From a candidate division FCPU426 bacterium (GTDB lineage Bacteria; Oederibacteriota; Muellerivitia; Muellerivitales; Muellerivitaceae), in contig CAVYSE010000019.1 in the NCBI GenBank assembly GCA_963771075.1, positions 23,649 to 87,648 of the forward strand: DNA of 64,000 nt, read 5' to 3'. A model generated the notes under the pieces. The model was not told where the DNA came from. It made no database searches and was given only the letters and a program-made list of their open reading frames with translations. How positions within the stretch are numbered: position 1 is the stretch's first letter; the number at the start of each line of letters is the position of its first letter. Below, in pieces: positions 22,202 to 32,624 of the stretch. A program made the translations under genes and the position numbers.

Positions 22202-24403
22202 TCAATCGATCTTTTCCAAATTCGCCAGCTTCACAAGCAATTGCTTCTTGCCGTGATTCGGGAAGGACACCGTGACCTTCAAGTCTTCCCCCGAGCCCAT
22301 CAGGGCGATGACCATTCCCCGCCCAAAGGCCTTGTGCTTCACAGTGTCGCCCAGGGCAAAGGGGATGACCGCTTCCTCGTCCCATTCCGGGTCTTTCAAC
22401 TCGTCAAACTCTTTCTTCAGGGTATTGGCCACTTCATATAAACCGCCGTGGGTAGCGACGATATTGGCCGCTTTGCCCGTAACCTGGATCATATCCTTGG
22501 GAATCTCGGAGAGGAACCGGGAGGGTGCCCGCCATTGGGGCGTGCCGTAAACATAACGGCAGGCCGCGCCCGTGAGATAGAGGATGTCCATGGCCCTCGT
22601 CATTCCCACGTAGCACAAGCGTCGCTCTTCCTGAACCTCTTTGTCCTCCTCCATCGAGTTGTTATGGGGAAAGAGCCCTTCTTCCATTCCCGTTATAAAA
22701 ACGATGGGAAATTCCAGACCCTTGGCGTTATGCATGGTCATAAGGGTCACGCAGTTTTTCTTGTCCTCCAGTTTGTCCACGTCAGCCACCAGGGAAACCT
22801 GGTCCAGGTAACCCCCCAGCGTCGGGGTTTCGGCGGTGGATTCGTAATCGACCACCGAGTTAACTAGTTCTTTTAGGTTTTCGGCACGCATTTTCGATTC
22901 AAGTGTGTCATCCGTTGCCAGGTCGGTCAGGTACCCCGAACGCTCCAAAACCTTTCTCACGAATTCGGAAGGTTTGAGCCCGTCCCTTTCGGCGATCAAG
23001 CCATCCATCATGGAAACAAATTGCCCCAAGGCCTGGGAGGCCTTCTTCGGAAACTCACCGTTTGAGGCACAATCCCTCGCGGCTTCCAATAGGGTCATAT
23101 CCCTCGCCTTGGCGATCTCCTCCAACTTGGCCACCGTGCCCGAGCCAATGCCCCGGATGGGCACATTGATCATCCGGCGGAGGGATACGGAATCCTTCGG
23201 ATTCACCAGCACATGCAGGTAGGCCAGCATGTCCTTCACTTCCTTGCGATCGTAGAACTTCAGTCCCCCCACGATGATGTAGGGAATATTGTGGCGCCGG
23301 CAGGCGTCTTCCAAAACCCGGGATTGGGCGTTGGTACGGTATAAAAGGGCGACGTGCCGGAAACTTCGGCCCGGCTGGCCCAACCGCTCGTAGAGGGTTC
23401 GGATCACGAACTCGGCCTCGTCCTTGTCATCCTCCGCCTGGTAATAGATGGGGGATTCCCCCATTTCACGAAGCGAAAAGAGCTCTTTTTCCTTTCGCTG
23501 GGAATTATTGCGGATGACGGCCTGGGCGGCTTGGATGATCGCCTTGGTGGAACGGTAGTTCTGCTGGAGCTTGAAGACCTTGGCGCCAGGGAAATCATGT
23601 TCAAACCGGAGGATATTCCGAATATCCGCCCCCCGCCATCCGTAGATAGACTGGTCCGGGTCCCCGACCACGCAAAGGTTATTCTCAGGGTGGGCGATCA
23701 TGGAGATCATCTGGTATTGGGCTGTGTTGATGTCCTGGTACTCGTCCACGGAGAGGTATTGGAACCTCCGCTGATAGCCCGCCAAAAGTTCCGGATGGTT
23801 TTTCAAGAGGGTCACGGTATTAAACAACAGGTCGTCAAAGTCCATCCCGTTGTTTTGCTTGAGCTTGGTTTGGTAGAGGGGATAGATCTTGGCCACCCGC
23901 TCCATGAACACCCCCGCGGCCATTTCCTGGTACTCTTTAGGATTCTTGAGCTCGTTCTTCGCGGCGCTGATATAGCTGTGCACCGCATAGGGGTGCACCT
24001 GCTTTTCATCCCACTTGAGTTCCCAAAGGCATTCCTTGATGACCGCCTTCTGGTCGGAATCGTCATAGATGGTAAAGTTGGGCTGGTACCCCAGCTTATC
24101 CGCATGGGCTTTCAAGATGCGCAGGCAAAGGGAATGGAAAGTGCCGATGAAAAGATCCCGAGCCTTGGTTCCGCCCGCAAGGACAGAGACGCGGTCCCGC
24201 ATTTCCTGAGCGGCCTTGTTGGTAAAGGTGACCGCCAAAAGGTTAAAAGCTGAAACATTTAATTCATCCAACAGGCGGATCAAACGGTAGGTCACTACCC
24301 GAGTCTTGCCCGAACCCGCGCCAGCCAGGATCAGGGCAGGACCCTGGTGATGTAGGACCGCCTCACGCTGTTCGTCATTCAAATCGAGGTAAGTTTTCTT
24401 CAT
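22202..24403 (-). CDS. pcrA: PcrA/UvrD helicase
   Basis: AGAGSGKT, VDEYQD, QNYRST, EERRLCYVG, C-terminal Tudor-like domain. Confidence 0.92.
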   Translation of the reverse strand: MKKTYLDLNDEQREAVLHHQGPALILAGAGSGKTRVVTYRLIRLLDELNVSAFNLLAVTFTNKAAQEMRDRVSVLAGGTKARDLFIGTFHSLCLRILKAHADKLGYQPNFTIYDDSDQKAVIKECLWELKWDEKQVHPYAVHSYISAAKNELKNPKEYQEMAAGVFMERVAKIYPLYQTKLKQNNGMDFDDLLFNTVTLLKNHPELLAGYQRRFQYLSVDEYQDINTAQYQMISMIAHPENNLCVVGDPDQSIYGWRGADIRNILRFEHDFPGAKVFKLQQNYRSTKAIIQAAQAVIRNNSQRKEKELFSLREMGESPIYYQAEDDKDEAEFVIRTLYERLGQPGRSFRHVALLYRTNAQSRVLEDACRRHNIPYIIVGGLKFYDRKEVKDMLAYLHVLVNPKDSVSLRRMINVPIRGIGSGTVAKLEEIAKARDMTLLEAARDCASNGEFPKKASQALGQFVSMMDGLIAERDGLKPSEFVRKVLERSGYLTDLATDDTLESKMRAENLKELVNSVVDYESTAETPTLGGYLDQVSLVADVDKLEDKKNCVTLMTMHNAKGLEFPIVFITGMEEGLFPHNNSMEEDKEVQEERRLCYVGMTRAMDILYLTGAACRYVYGTPQWRAPSRFLSEIPKDMIQVTGKAANIVATHGGLYEVANTLKKEFDELKDPEWDEEAVIPFALGDTVKHKAFGRGMVIALMGSGEDLKVTVSFPNHGKKQLLVKLANLEKID

Positions 24404-24450
24404 TGTTTCCGTTAATAGATAAGGATGGGCCCCAAAAAAGCGATGGCTTG

Positions 24451-24487
24451 AAAATAAAAATCCCTCCAGGGCAAGCCCTTGAGGGAT
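24451..24487 (-). terminator. Intrinsic terminator after PilZ gene
   Basis: ATCCCTC..GGG/CCC..GAGGGAT hairpin followed by T tract on minus strand. Confidence 0.65.
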
Positions 24488-24536
24488 GGGGATTTTCCAA
24501 TAAAGCCTGTCAAATTGCTACCTAGTAATCGGCGGA

Positions 24537-24893
24537 TTAAACCAACTTTTTCAACAATTCCCTTATCACTTGCTGGGCTTCCTCATCTACCACGATGAAT
24601 TGGTAGCCCAGGAACTTGTCCGAAACCCAAACCAATTTGCTGTAAACATCCACGCTTTTATCCTTATGGATGCGGAAGTTGACCTTGAGGATATGGCTGG
24701 GCGGCCTTGGAATACCCAACTCCAACCGAATACCGCCCTCACTCAAGTCGAAAGCTTTTACGGTTAAAGGATTTCCTTGGACTTCGAAAACATTTCCCGA
24801 TTTTGACACAACGACAGGATGAATCTTTATGTGTTCTTCAAATTTGACTCTGGAATGTTTACGACGTTCTTCCTTGTGGGTAGTCGCGGGCAT
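24537..24893 (-). CDS. PilZ-domain protein
   Basis: RRKHSR and DLSEGG motifs. Confidence 0.85.
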   Translation of the reverse strand: MPATTHKEERRKHSRVKFEEHIKIHPVVVSKSGNVFEVQGNPLTVKAFDLSEGGIRLELGIPRPPSHILKVNFRIHKDKSVDVYSKLVWVSDKFLGYQFIVVDEEAQQVIRELLKKLV

Positions 24894-25027
24894 GGAGTCT
24901 CCATGAAGTTGTTATTGACTAAAACGGTAAACTAAAGCGATTTAACCGTCAATTGAAAGATACATGGATAAATCTTTTTACTCATTTTGGGTAAATTTAA
25001 TACGGGGGGATCAACGAAAGAAAAAGC

Positions 25028-26923
25028 TTATTTTTTAAATAGTTCAATGTAAAAAATTTCAGGCACCCAAGAGAAAGTTAAATTATTCCCAACCCACCGG
25101 GTGGAAACGGAAACTTTCATGGGTTTTCCGTTTTGATCCAAAGCGCGAACCCTCAAATGGGAATCCTTCCGGTACCGGTAGAGCACGAATTTCGCGCGAA
25201 TGGGTTCCATCAAGACCGGATACCTTCCGAAATCCAATACCTTGGTTCTCTTTTCGTTGTAAATCTCACCTGTGTTCTCACAACGCGCGACAGCCGAAAG
25301 GATCAAGTGATCGGAAGAGGTGATCGCCTTCGGCGTAAGGGAGACCAGGGCAAAGGATGCGTAAGGATTGGATGTTTCCAATGCCCAAGTCGAATTATTG
25401 AATTTCCGATGGGCCAGGAACCCAATCAAAGATTGGAAACGGGGGCTTTCAACCTTCACCACACCCACATTCCCTTGCCAGGTCAATTGGCCGGTATCGG
25501 AAACAAGAGTTTTGGTCTTGGGGTCGATCTTGGCTTTCAGCTTTCCTGAGATGTCCGTTTGGTCAGGGTCATCGGAAAGTCCGGAGCGATGGGCCTGTGC
25601 CGCAAGGGCGCTTTCCAGGTCCAGGGTTTGGCCCTGGGAAAGCGTGGGAAGGACGAAAACTTTTCCTTCTTTTATGTCGCCTCTCCATACCGCCAGTGCG
25701 GCCAGCGGCCATTGGCTGGAGATCAAAGGGTTTCCCGAAAAACTATTGGGATCAGGCAAGTTCGGGGTCTTAGAGCTGGGATATCCTTTCCCCAAACAAA
25801 CCGACCAGCCTTGCAGACATTGCTGGGCCGCCATCCAAAGGGGCAAACCGGCTATATATTCATTGGGCCAATTTGACGACCACCGGACACCAAAGGGATG
25901 TCCCAAAAATCGTTGACGTATCAATTGAATCGATAGGCTGGTTTCAGGAGAAAGAACCCAGGGTTTGTCCGAGAAGGAAACTGGAGCGGTTGTGGAAGGT
26001 ACCTGCTCAATAGTTTCAGCCCATTGGGTCGCTGACTGGGAGTCTGCCGGCGTGGGAACAGGGGTTGGGCCGAAAGGCGTCGCCGTTTCTTCTTGGCCTT
26101 GATCCATACCCCAATATTCCCCATTCACAGGAGCTTGGACCAGGGTCGACGTATCCAGGGGCGTCCCCCTGAAATCCGGTAATCCCGCCTTGATGGGAAA
26201 CCATCCCGTGGTGTCGGTGGTGGATGTTTTCTCGGGCTTAGGGGAGAGGGCGGTCACAGGAACCTGCGTATCCGAGGCGGTCACGGCGAAAAGCATGGGA
26301 ACCGGCGCCTTGCCTTCCGACTTAAAGAGGATGGTTTGAATGGGAACATTGGGCCGGGGATTGGTCCAGGCCAATAGGTTCAAGCCGGTCTCGGCACCCT
26401 TGTCCTTGTGCCACCAAGCCAGATAACTCTCGGCGGTATCATCCGCGCCCCAAAAATTGACCAATTCCCTCCCGACTCTTAAGGGGATCATTTCCACCTT
26501 TGAGTCAGCGTAAACCACATCATATTCCGCCACCTTGTAATCCAGTCCAGTCGAAGCCCAACGGCATTCTTGGAGAAAAAATAATTCCGCGGCGGTTTGA
26601 TTGCCGAAGGGGATGGTCAAACCCTGCGGGTATTGGGGAAGGGATTTCCCCTTTAGAACGACAAAGGAACGTCCAGGGTTTTGAACCGGGTCTAAAACCC
26701 GGAAAGGAATGCTGCGAAAGAAAGGATTGCCCGTTGGAAGGTCTTTCAAGGACTTGATTTGTTCCTCGTCCCCAGGGCCCGGTTCCTTTCCCTCGAATGA
26801 ATCCAGGAACCCGTGGTTGGCGATGGGCGCGAGGTCCAGAAACCAGAAACGGGCGTGGCTGGGTGCGGCGCCCAAAAGAAATAACGCGACGCTCCAGCCC
26901 GCCAGCGACCGCTGAAAAGACAT
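25028..26923 (-). CDS. Secreted protein with glycoside-hydrolase-associated beta domains
   Basis: Signal peptide; LDLAPIAN..IPFRVLDP, WTNPRP; SDTGQLTW; P/T linker. Confidence 0.55.
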   Translation of the reverse strand: MSFQRSLAGWSVALFLLGAAPSHARFWFLDLAPIANHGFLDSFEGKEPGPGDEEQIKSLKDLPTGNPFFRSIPFRVLDPVQNPGRSFVVLKGKSLPQYPQGLTIPFGNQTAAELFFLQECRWASTGLDYKVAEYDVVYADSKVEMIPLRVGRELVNFWGADDTAESYLAWWHKDKGAETGLNLLAWTNPRPNVPIQTILFKSEGKAPVPMLFAVTASDTQVPVTALSPKPEKTSTTDTTGWFPIKAGLPDFRGTPLDTSTLVQAPVNGEYWGMDQGQEETATPFGPTPVPTPADSQSATQWAETIEQVPSTTAPVSFSDKPWVLSPETSLSIQLIRQRFLGHPFGVRWSSNWPNEYIAGLPLWMAAQQCLQGWSVCLGKGYPSSKTPNLPDPNSFSGNPLISSQWPLAALAVWRGDIKEGKVFVLPTLSQGQTLDLESALAAQAHRSGLSDDPDQTDISGKLKAKIDPKTKTLVSDTGQLTWQGNVGVVKVESPRFQSLIGFLAHRKFNNSTWALETSNPYASFALVSLTPKAITSSDHLILSAVARCENTGEIYNEKRTKVLDFGRYPVLMEPIRAKFVLYRYRKDSHLRVRALDQNGKPMKVSVSTRWVGNNLTFSWVPEIFYIELFKK

Positions 26924-26927
26924 GGGT

Positions 26928-27653
26928 TTATTTCACTTTTTTATATCGGTAGTAATCCAAGATAATCTTTACCACCTCGGCGGGTTTATCCACGATGTGA
27001 AATAGATCCAAATCCTCGGCATTGATGTATTTCCTGTCCCGCAGGATCGTTTTCTTGATCCACTCCATCCCCCCAGCCCAATACTCCCGGTCTACCAGGA
27101 TTACGGGAACGGTCTCGATTTTCCGGGTCTGGACCAGGGTCAGAAGCTCGAATAGCTCGTCCATCGTGCCGAAACCGCCCGGCATGACCACCACCGCCGC
27201 GGCATAGCGCAAAAACATGACCTTGCGGATGAAAAAATAATGGAAGTTGATGGGCAGGTTCACGTAGGGGTTCCCTTTTTGCTCGAAGGGCAGCTCGATA
27301 TTACAGCCCACCGACCGACCTCCCGCGTCATGAGCCCCCCGGTTGGCGGCTTCCATGATTCCGGGCCCCCCCCCGGTCACGATGCTGTAACCCTTTTTCG
27401 ATAATTGGTAAGCGATTTCGTGCGCCAGCTTGTAATCGGGGGATTCGGGCTCGGTTCGGGCGGAACCGAACATGGTGATGGCGGGCCGGATATTGCGCAA
27501 GGCCTCGAACCCTTCCACGAACTCCGAAATGATGCGGAACATTCGCCAGGTGTCCTGGTCCTTGAAATCATTGGCGATCATGGGATCATAAACCGCCGGG
27601 CGGTGATTTCCCCCGTTGGATTTTCTTTTAACTTGTTTTTTTCGGATCGGCAT
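26928..27653 (-). CDS. LOG/TIGR00730 Rossmann-fold nucleotide phosphoribohydrolase
   Basis: GGGPGIME, PGGFGTMDE. Confidence 0.9.
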   Translation of the reverse strand: MPIRKKQVKRKSNGGNHRPAVYDPMIANDFKDQDTWRMFRIISEFVEGFEALRNIRPAITMFGSARTEPESPDYKLAHEIAYQLSKKGYSIVTGGGPGIMEAANRGAHDAGGRSVGCNIELPFEQKGNPYVNLPINFHYFFIRKVMFLRYAAAVVVMPGGFGTMDELFELLTLVQTRKIETVPVILVDREYWAGGMEWIKKTILRDRKYINAEDLDLFHIVDKPAEVVKIILDYYRYKKVK

Positions 27654-27676
27654 GGACTTTCCTTTCGAATCCTAAA

Positions 27677-28114
27677 TCAGACGATGACCGCCCCCGGCAA
27701 TCCCTCCAGGGCGTCCATCACCCTGCGAGGATGGTCGGTGATCATGGGAGGCAGGGCGTCCACCGAAAAATAACGCAGGTCACTGGTTTCCGGGCTTAAT
27801 TTTAAGCCGCCGCCCGTCGCTCGGCAGAGAAAAGAAACCCTCACCGTGTGCCACTCTTTTCCCTGGGAGTAATGAAGGGAGCCCGCCGTGTCCGAATAGA
27901 TCCCGACGAGGCGGACCACCTCCGCTTGGAGGCCCGTTTCTTCCCTTAATTCCCGCGAACAGCACTGGGCGAGGGTCTCGCCCAGCTCCATGTGGCCCCC
28001 GGGGATGCACCAGAGACCGTTATCCGTGCGTTTCGCCAGGAGTACTTCCCCCTGGTCGTTGAACAACAGAGCGTTTACGGCGACCTTCGGGGTGATCTGT
28101 GGTGGGTGGGCCAT
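27677..28114 (-). CDS. NUDIX hydrolase
   Basis: PGGHMELGETLAQCCSRELREETG. Confidence 0.9.
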   Translation of the reverse strand: MAHPPQITPKVAVNALLFNDQGEVLLAKRTDNGLWCIPGGHMELGETLAQCCSRELREETGLQAEVVRLVGIYSDTAGSLHYSQGKEWHTVRVSFLCRATGGGLKLSPETSDLRYFSVDALPPMITDHPRRVMDALEGLPGAVIV

Positions 28115-28145
28115 CGTTTGCCTTTTCGGATTAAGATGTCAGACC

Positions 28146-28182
28146 AAAAAAAATCCCGCGTCCCGAAAGGGGAACGCGGGAT
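28146..28182 (-). terminator. rplM-rpsI terminator
   Basis: ATCCCGCGT..ACGCGGGAT hairpin plus T tract on minus strand. Confidence 0.85.
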
Positions 28183-28225
28183 GTCGTAAAGATTCCGCCT
28201 CGAATTGGGGTCCAACCCCCAAGGA

Positions 28226-28621
28226 TTAACGTTTCGAGAACTGGAAGCGTTTGCGGGCCTTCTTGCGGCCGTACTTTTTGCGTTCCACCATCCGGGGATC
28301 GCGTGTCAGGAAACCAGCCGCCTTTAAGGGCTTGCGCATCTCAATGTCGACTTTCAGCAAAGCTCGGGAAATGGCGTGCCGCAGGGCTTCCGCCTGGCCC
28401 GTCACTCCACCACCGGTCAGGTTGGCGTAAACATCGTATTTATTCAGGGCCGAGACCAGCTCCAAGGGAGACTTGACGGTGGGAACCTTAGCGAAGGGGA
28501 AGAATTTTTCCAGCGGAAGGCCGTTGATTACAAATAGCCCCTTTCCGGGGCGAAGAATAACGCGGGCGACGGAGGTCTTGCGGCGTCCGGTAGCGGTGAA
28601 TTGTTCTTTGGAAGCGGTCAC
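28226..28621 (-). CDS. rpsI: 30S ribosomal protein S9
   Basis: [11 protein letters not shown] ... FQFSKR. Confidence 0.98.
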   Translation of the reverse strand: MTASKEQFTATGRRKTSVARVILRPGKGLFVINGLPLEKFFPFAKVPTVKSPLELVSALNKYDVYANLTGGGVTGQAEALRHAISRALLKVDIEMRKPLKAAGFLTRDPRMVERKKYGRKKARKRFQFSKR

Positions 28622-29079
28622 TTTTTCTCTCCTCTTTTAGCGGGATGGGGCAGGCTCAGGGGTTGGGGTTTCTGGGCGGTATGGGGATGGGTGTCGCCCT
28701 TGTAGATCTGGACCCGGCCGAACATCTTGTCCCCTTGGCTGGTCTTGGGCAGCATACCCTTGATCGCGTATTCCAGGATCCGTTCGGGATGGGTCACCCG
28801 GATGACTTTGTATTCTTCCGTGGATAATCCTCCCGGCCGACCCGAAGTGCGGTGATGGGCTTTCGTATCCCATTTTTTGCCCGTCAAAACAATTTTATCG
28901 GCGTTAATGATGACCACATGGTCGCCGTTCTCGACATGAGGAGTGAAATTCACCTTGTGTTTCCCGCGAAGAATGGCGGCGACCTGGCTAGTCAGGCGGC
29001 CCAGAACCATGTCCTTGGCGTCTACGATCCACCACTTCCGGTTGATTTCTTTTAAAGTCGGCAAATGAGTTTTTTGCAT
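28618..29079 (-). CDS. rplM: 50S ribosomal protein L13
   Basis: [25 protein letters not shown]. Confidence 0.98.
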   Translation of the reverse strand: MQKTHLPTLKEINRKWWIVDAKDMVLGRLTSQVAAILRGKHKVNFTPHVENGDHVVIINADKIVLTGKKWDTKAHHRTSGRPGGLSTEEYKVIRVTHPERILEYAIKGMLPKTSQGDKMFGRVQIYKGDTHPHTAQKPQPLSLPHPAKRGEKK

Positions 29080-29151
29080 ATTTCCTAACCTGTAGCTTTT
29101 CAAAAGGGCTTAAAAAGGCCTAAAAAGGCCCCTTCCTTAACAAGGGGTTGA

Positions 29152-29179
29152 ATTATAAGGGTTTAAAGGAGAGTGTCAA
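29152..29179 (-). promoter_or_regulatory. Sigma70 promoter of rplM
   Basis: TTGACA-16-TATAAT on minus strand. Confidence 0.8.
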
Positions 29180-29384
29180 GGAGAAGTAACAATTCCGCCC
29201 TTTACCGCCAAGATACAAAGATACCGATTTAAAGGTTTAAAGTCGCCGCCTTGAAATCCCCGGCTTTAACGGGGAATGAAAGGCCTCTCATCCGAAGCCC
29301 GGGCAAGCGTAACTTGTGCCGATTACCATTGAAAGTCGATTTTTATAGAAATCGGTTCTATACCGAGGGTGAAATCGTTGTTCT

Positions 29385-30656
29385 TTATGAAATAGAAAGT
29401 CGAAGACGCGGTTCCCCCTGGATCATGGCAAAAGAAACAGGTCCCCGGTGCCTGATGACCCATTCTTCCAATGACAAAGACCCCAACGACTTACGGGGAA
29501 AAGGAATACCGATCAGGTCGGCCCAGAAACCCGGTTTGATCCGGCCCAATTGATTTCCCAGGCCCAAAGCTCGGGCGGGTTTCGTTGTGACCATGGCGAG
29601 AATCTCACTGGCCTGCACATGGGGATGGCTTTTTTGAAACAACCTCATTTCCCGAAATAAGGACAGGGATGTGTTGCTCGCCAAACTGTCCGTTCCCAAG
29701 CAAACGGGAATCCGAAGCCGGTTCATCCGCGCGTATGGAATGGAAGCGTGTCCGAAAAAAGCGTGACTGCCCGGGCAATGCACTACCGTGATACGATTCT
29801 TAGCCAGCAGCTGGAGATCTTTTTCATCCGCATAGTTGACGTGGACCGCCAGATTGAGCTTGGGAAGCCAGCCGCACTGGTTCAAGTATTGAACAGGCGT
29901 GGTCCCACGGGGAAGGTTCCAATCGGGGTTCAGAGTCATGATACGGTCGGCCATGGGGCCCTTTCCCTTTTTAAAGTAATTCCATTCCTCCCGGCTTTCG
30001 GCCAGGTGCAGGGTCGTGGGATGGCCCTTATGGGTTGATAAAAACTTTCCAAGGAAACCCAGGGTTTCCTTGGAGACCGTGAAAAGGGTGTGGGGGGAAA
30101 AGCCCTCCTGGACCAATCCCGAAAGATGCGCCACGGAGGTCAATTCCCTCCATTTATCCACCGTCTGATTCCAATAGACCCGAGGGAAGCGCTGTCCCAG
30201 GTCCAGGATTTCCCAGAACCAAAATGCCCTGAGTCCTGACTGCCGAAGCAAGGGCAGGCTTTCTCCGCTGGTCGACACATCACAGAGGGTGGTCGTTCCA
30301 AAAGCCAGGCTTTGGCGGATCCCTTCCCGAACCGAACTCCTGAACTCCGAACGGGTGGTGTCGCGGGTCTTTGCCCCCATTTCCTGAAGCCACTTCCTAA
30401 AGGTTTTCCGCCGCGGAACTTTTCCCTTTAGGCGCGTATAGTCCAGGTGGCAATGACCGTTGATCAATCCGGGCAGCAGGACCGTATTCCCCAGGTCCAG
30501 GATCCGAAACGAGGGAAGAAAGGCCAGGTCCTTCCGCCGGCCGATTTGGAGGATCCGTCCGCCCTGAATCAACACGAAAGCGTCTTCAATCGGCTGGGGC
30601 CGGTCGAGGGTAAGAAGATATTTGGCAAAAAGGACCAGCCGTTGGGTCGAACTCAC
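29385..30656 (-). CDS. Metal-dependent amidohydrolase (possible aminofutalosine deaminase)
   Basis: PGLINGHCHL, HLAES, GTDSLASN. Confidence 0.8.
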   Translation of the reverse strand: MSSTQRLVLFAKYLLTLDRPQPIEDAFVLIQGGRILQIGRRKDLAFLPSFRILDLGNTVLLPGLINGHCHLDYTRLKGKVPRRKTFRKWLQEMGAKTRDTTRSEFRSSVREGIRQSLAFGTTTLCDVSTSGESLPLLRQSGLRAFWFWEILDLGQRFPRVYWNQTVDKWRELTSVAHLSGLVQEGFSPHTLFTVSKETLGFLGKFLSTHKGHPTTLHLAESREEWNYFKKGKGPMADRIMTLNPDWNLPRGTTPVQYLNQCGWLPKLNLAVHVNYADEKDLQLLAKNRITVVHCPGSHAFFGHASIPYARMNRLRIPVCLGTDSLASNTSLSLFREMRLFQKSHPHVQASEILAMVTTKPARALGLGNQLGRIKPGFWADLIGIPFPRKSLGSLSLEEWVIRHRGPVSFAMIQGEPRLRLSIS

Positions 30657-30769
30657 CGACCTAGGTTACCAGCCGGACCCTTTCGTTTATAGTCCCCTGG
30701 CGGAAGGTCCTAGTCCCGACCCCTCTTCTGGGTTGACCCCAATCCTTGGGTCGAATAGATTAAGCCCGC

Positions 30770-32059
30770 ATGCTCGACAATAAAATTTCCAACACATTCT
30801 TCGATTTCACCAGCAAGGTCACGACCCTTTTTCCCAAAGGGGGAGCTTGGTTTTTTGACCATACTCTTATCCCCGCGGTCGGAAACCCACTAGTGAGGCG
30901 GCTCACGGGAAGGTACAACCGAAGCATTCTTCAATCCATCCATGCGTTCCAACGGATCTTGGTGGTTTCGGACATCCATATCGGCGACGCCATATTGGCG
31001 GCTGGGGGAGTGGCGGTTTTCAGGGACTTCTTTCCGGAGGCGAGGATCGATTACGTGATCAAAAATTCCGTGGCCTGCCTATTCGAGGGCAATCCGGCCA
31101 TCTCGAACCTGTATCCGGTGTTTACGGGGGGCCAATTCCCCAATGATTCGGACCTCGCATCGGTGAAAAAGTTGTCATTCGAGAACGATTATGACCTTTG
31201 TTTGAACTGCTGCCCCTTCATCGAGGACGGGGAAATCTTTCCCCCGGGGCAAAAAGTGCTCAACGCGGTTACCTTCGCGCCGAAGGCATTGATGAACCTG
31301 ACCGGCAAGACCGGTTCCTGCCATTTCATGTACAACACCTATGACCTACCGGGTGAGTTTCTCCCCCAAATCACGGGCCGGCAACCAGCCCGCCCTTTCA
31401 AGGGCTTTCCGGTCACCCTCTCCGACGAGGCTTTCGACCAAGCCCAGTTGTTTTTCAAGGAAAAAGGCCTCACCCAAGACAAAAAAATATACTTCCTTAA
31501 CCCCGATACCGCCTCCCCCTTTAACCGTATCCCCTTTAAAAGCCAGCTCATCCTGTTAAAAGGTCTGATTTCCCTCCCCGGGCAAGTTTTACTGGGTTCG
31601 GGTTTTACAGCGAAGGATATCGAGAAACAACTCATGGGGGAATTAACCGCAGGTGAGAGGGAACGCCTGACCCTGGTGCCCAAGACCATGAACCTGGACG
31701 CCTACGCGGCCTTGATCGATTGCGCGGATATTTTCATTTCGGGCGACACCGGGCCCCTGCATATCGGGGCGGCCCGCAAGGTGTCAAGAACAGGGAATCG
31801 CAAGTTCCGCAATAAAACCTACGTGGTCTCCGTGTTTGGCGCCACCAACGCCCGCATGTCGGGTTACGACTCAACCAACCCGCTTTTTCCACCCGCCGAC
31901 CAGGACGTCCCCTCGCGCTGTTATGTTTCCGAAAGCCCCTGCCGAAACATCACCTGCATGAACAAGATGTCCAAAACTTGCAAGACCGTCCGCTGTTTCG
32001 AGTTCCTGGACATCGAGAAGATCCTGGCCGACATCCGGGCCCATCTACAAACTGTTTAA
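30770..32059 (+). CDS. Glycosyltransferase family 9
   Basis: HIGDAIL, ISGDTGPLHIG, SVFGAT. Confidence 0.85.
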   Translation: MLDNKISNTFFDFTSKVTTLFPKGGAWFFDHTLIPAVGNPLVRRLTGRYNRSILQSIHAFQRILVVSDIHIGDAILAAGGVAVFRDFFPEARIDYVIKNSVACLFEGNPAISNLYPVFTGGQFPNDSDLASVKKLSFENDYDLCLNCCPFIEDGEIFPPGQKVLNAVTFAPKALMNLTGKTGSCHFMYNTYDLPGEFLPQITGRQPARPFKGFPVTLSDEAFDQAQLFFKEKGLTQDKKIYFLNPDTASPFNRIPFKSQLILLKGLISLPGQVLLGSGFTAKDIEKQLMGELTAGERERLTLVPKTMNLDAYAALIDCADIFISGDTGPLHIGAARKVSRTGNRKFRNKTYVVSVFGATNARMSGYDSTNPLFPPADQDVPSRCYVSESPCRNITCMNKMSKTCKTVRCFEFLDIEKILADIRAHLQTV

Positions 32060-32077
32060 ACGCCTGAACCCGTCCGC

Positions 32078-32608
32078 TTAGGGCCCACCCCCCGCGGGTC
32101 CTTGAGAGTAGCCCAGGGCAAAGGTGGGCGTCGGCGTTGGTTGCAGGAATTTTCGATTGGCATCCGGGTCCAGCACGAAAAAGCTCAGGTGCCATTTTCC
32201 ACCGCTTAAGGCGGTCTCAAGAACGATCTTATTGTTTCCCTTTTCAAAATCGGCGTCCACCACGTAGCCTTTCACGAGGAGGTTTTCCTTGTTCGGAATT
32301 TCCGCCTGGCCTTCCACGCATCCCCGGTAGGTTTTCATGGCCCCAACGGTCTCTTTCATGATCTGCAGGTGGGACAAGAACAACTCCGGGTTATTCCCCA
32401 CATACTCCTTCAAACGGGGGTCCGCTTCCCGGAGGATCAAGGTGGGGTCCCAATCCTTAAAAACGACCGGTACGACCCGATCCAGGTAAGCCTTGCTATC
32501 CCTGTCCGGATCAGGCCTACAGCCCATTTCTCCCGGGCCCATACAAAGCGCGATCAATAGGATTGAGAACATTTGGAATCGTTTGGTCGGGCGTGGATGA
32601 GAATTCAT
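32078..32608 (-). CDS. Hypothetical exported protein
   Basis: Hydrophobic N-terminus, PTPTPT tail. Confidence 0.55.
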   Translation of the reverse strand: MNSHPRPTKRFQMFSILLIALCMGPGEMGCRPDPDRDSKAYLDRVVPVVFKDWDPTLILREADPRLKEYVGNNPELFLSHLQIMKETVGAMKTYRGCVEGQAEIPNKENLLVKGYVVDADFEKGNNKIVLETALSGGKWHLSFFVLDPDANRKFLQPTPTPTFALGYSQGPAGGGP

Positions 32609-32624
32609 CAGAATGGCCTCATCC

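Noticed and set aside
29255..29277. IS605 end-like hairpin AATCCCCGGCTTTAACGGGGA
   Set aside because: Imperfect, no cleavage tetranucleotide, no tnp gene nearby
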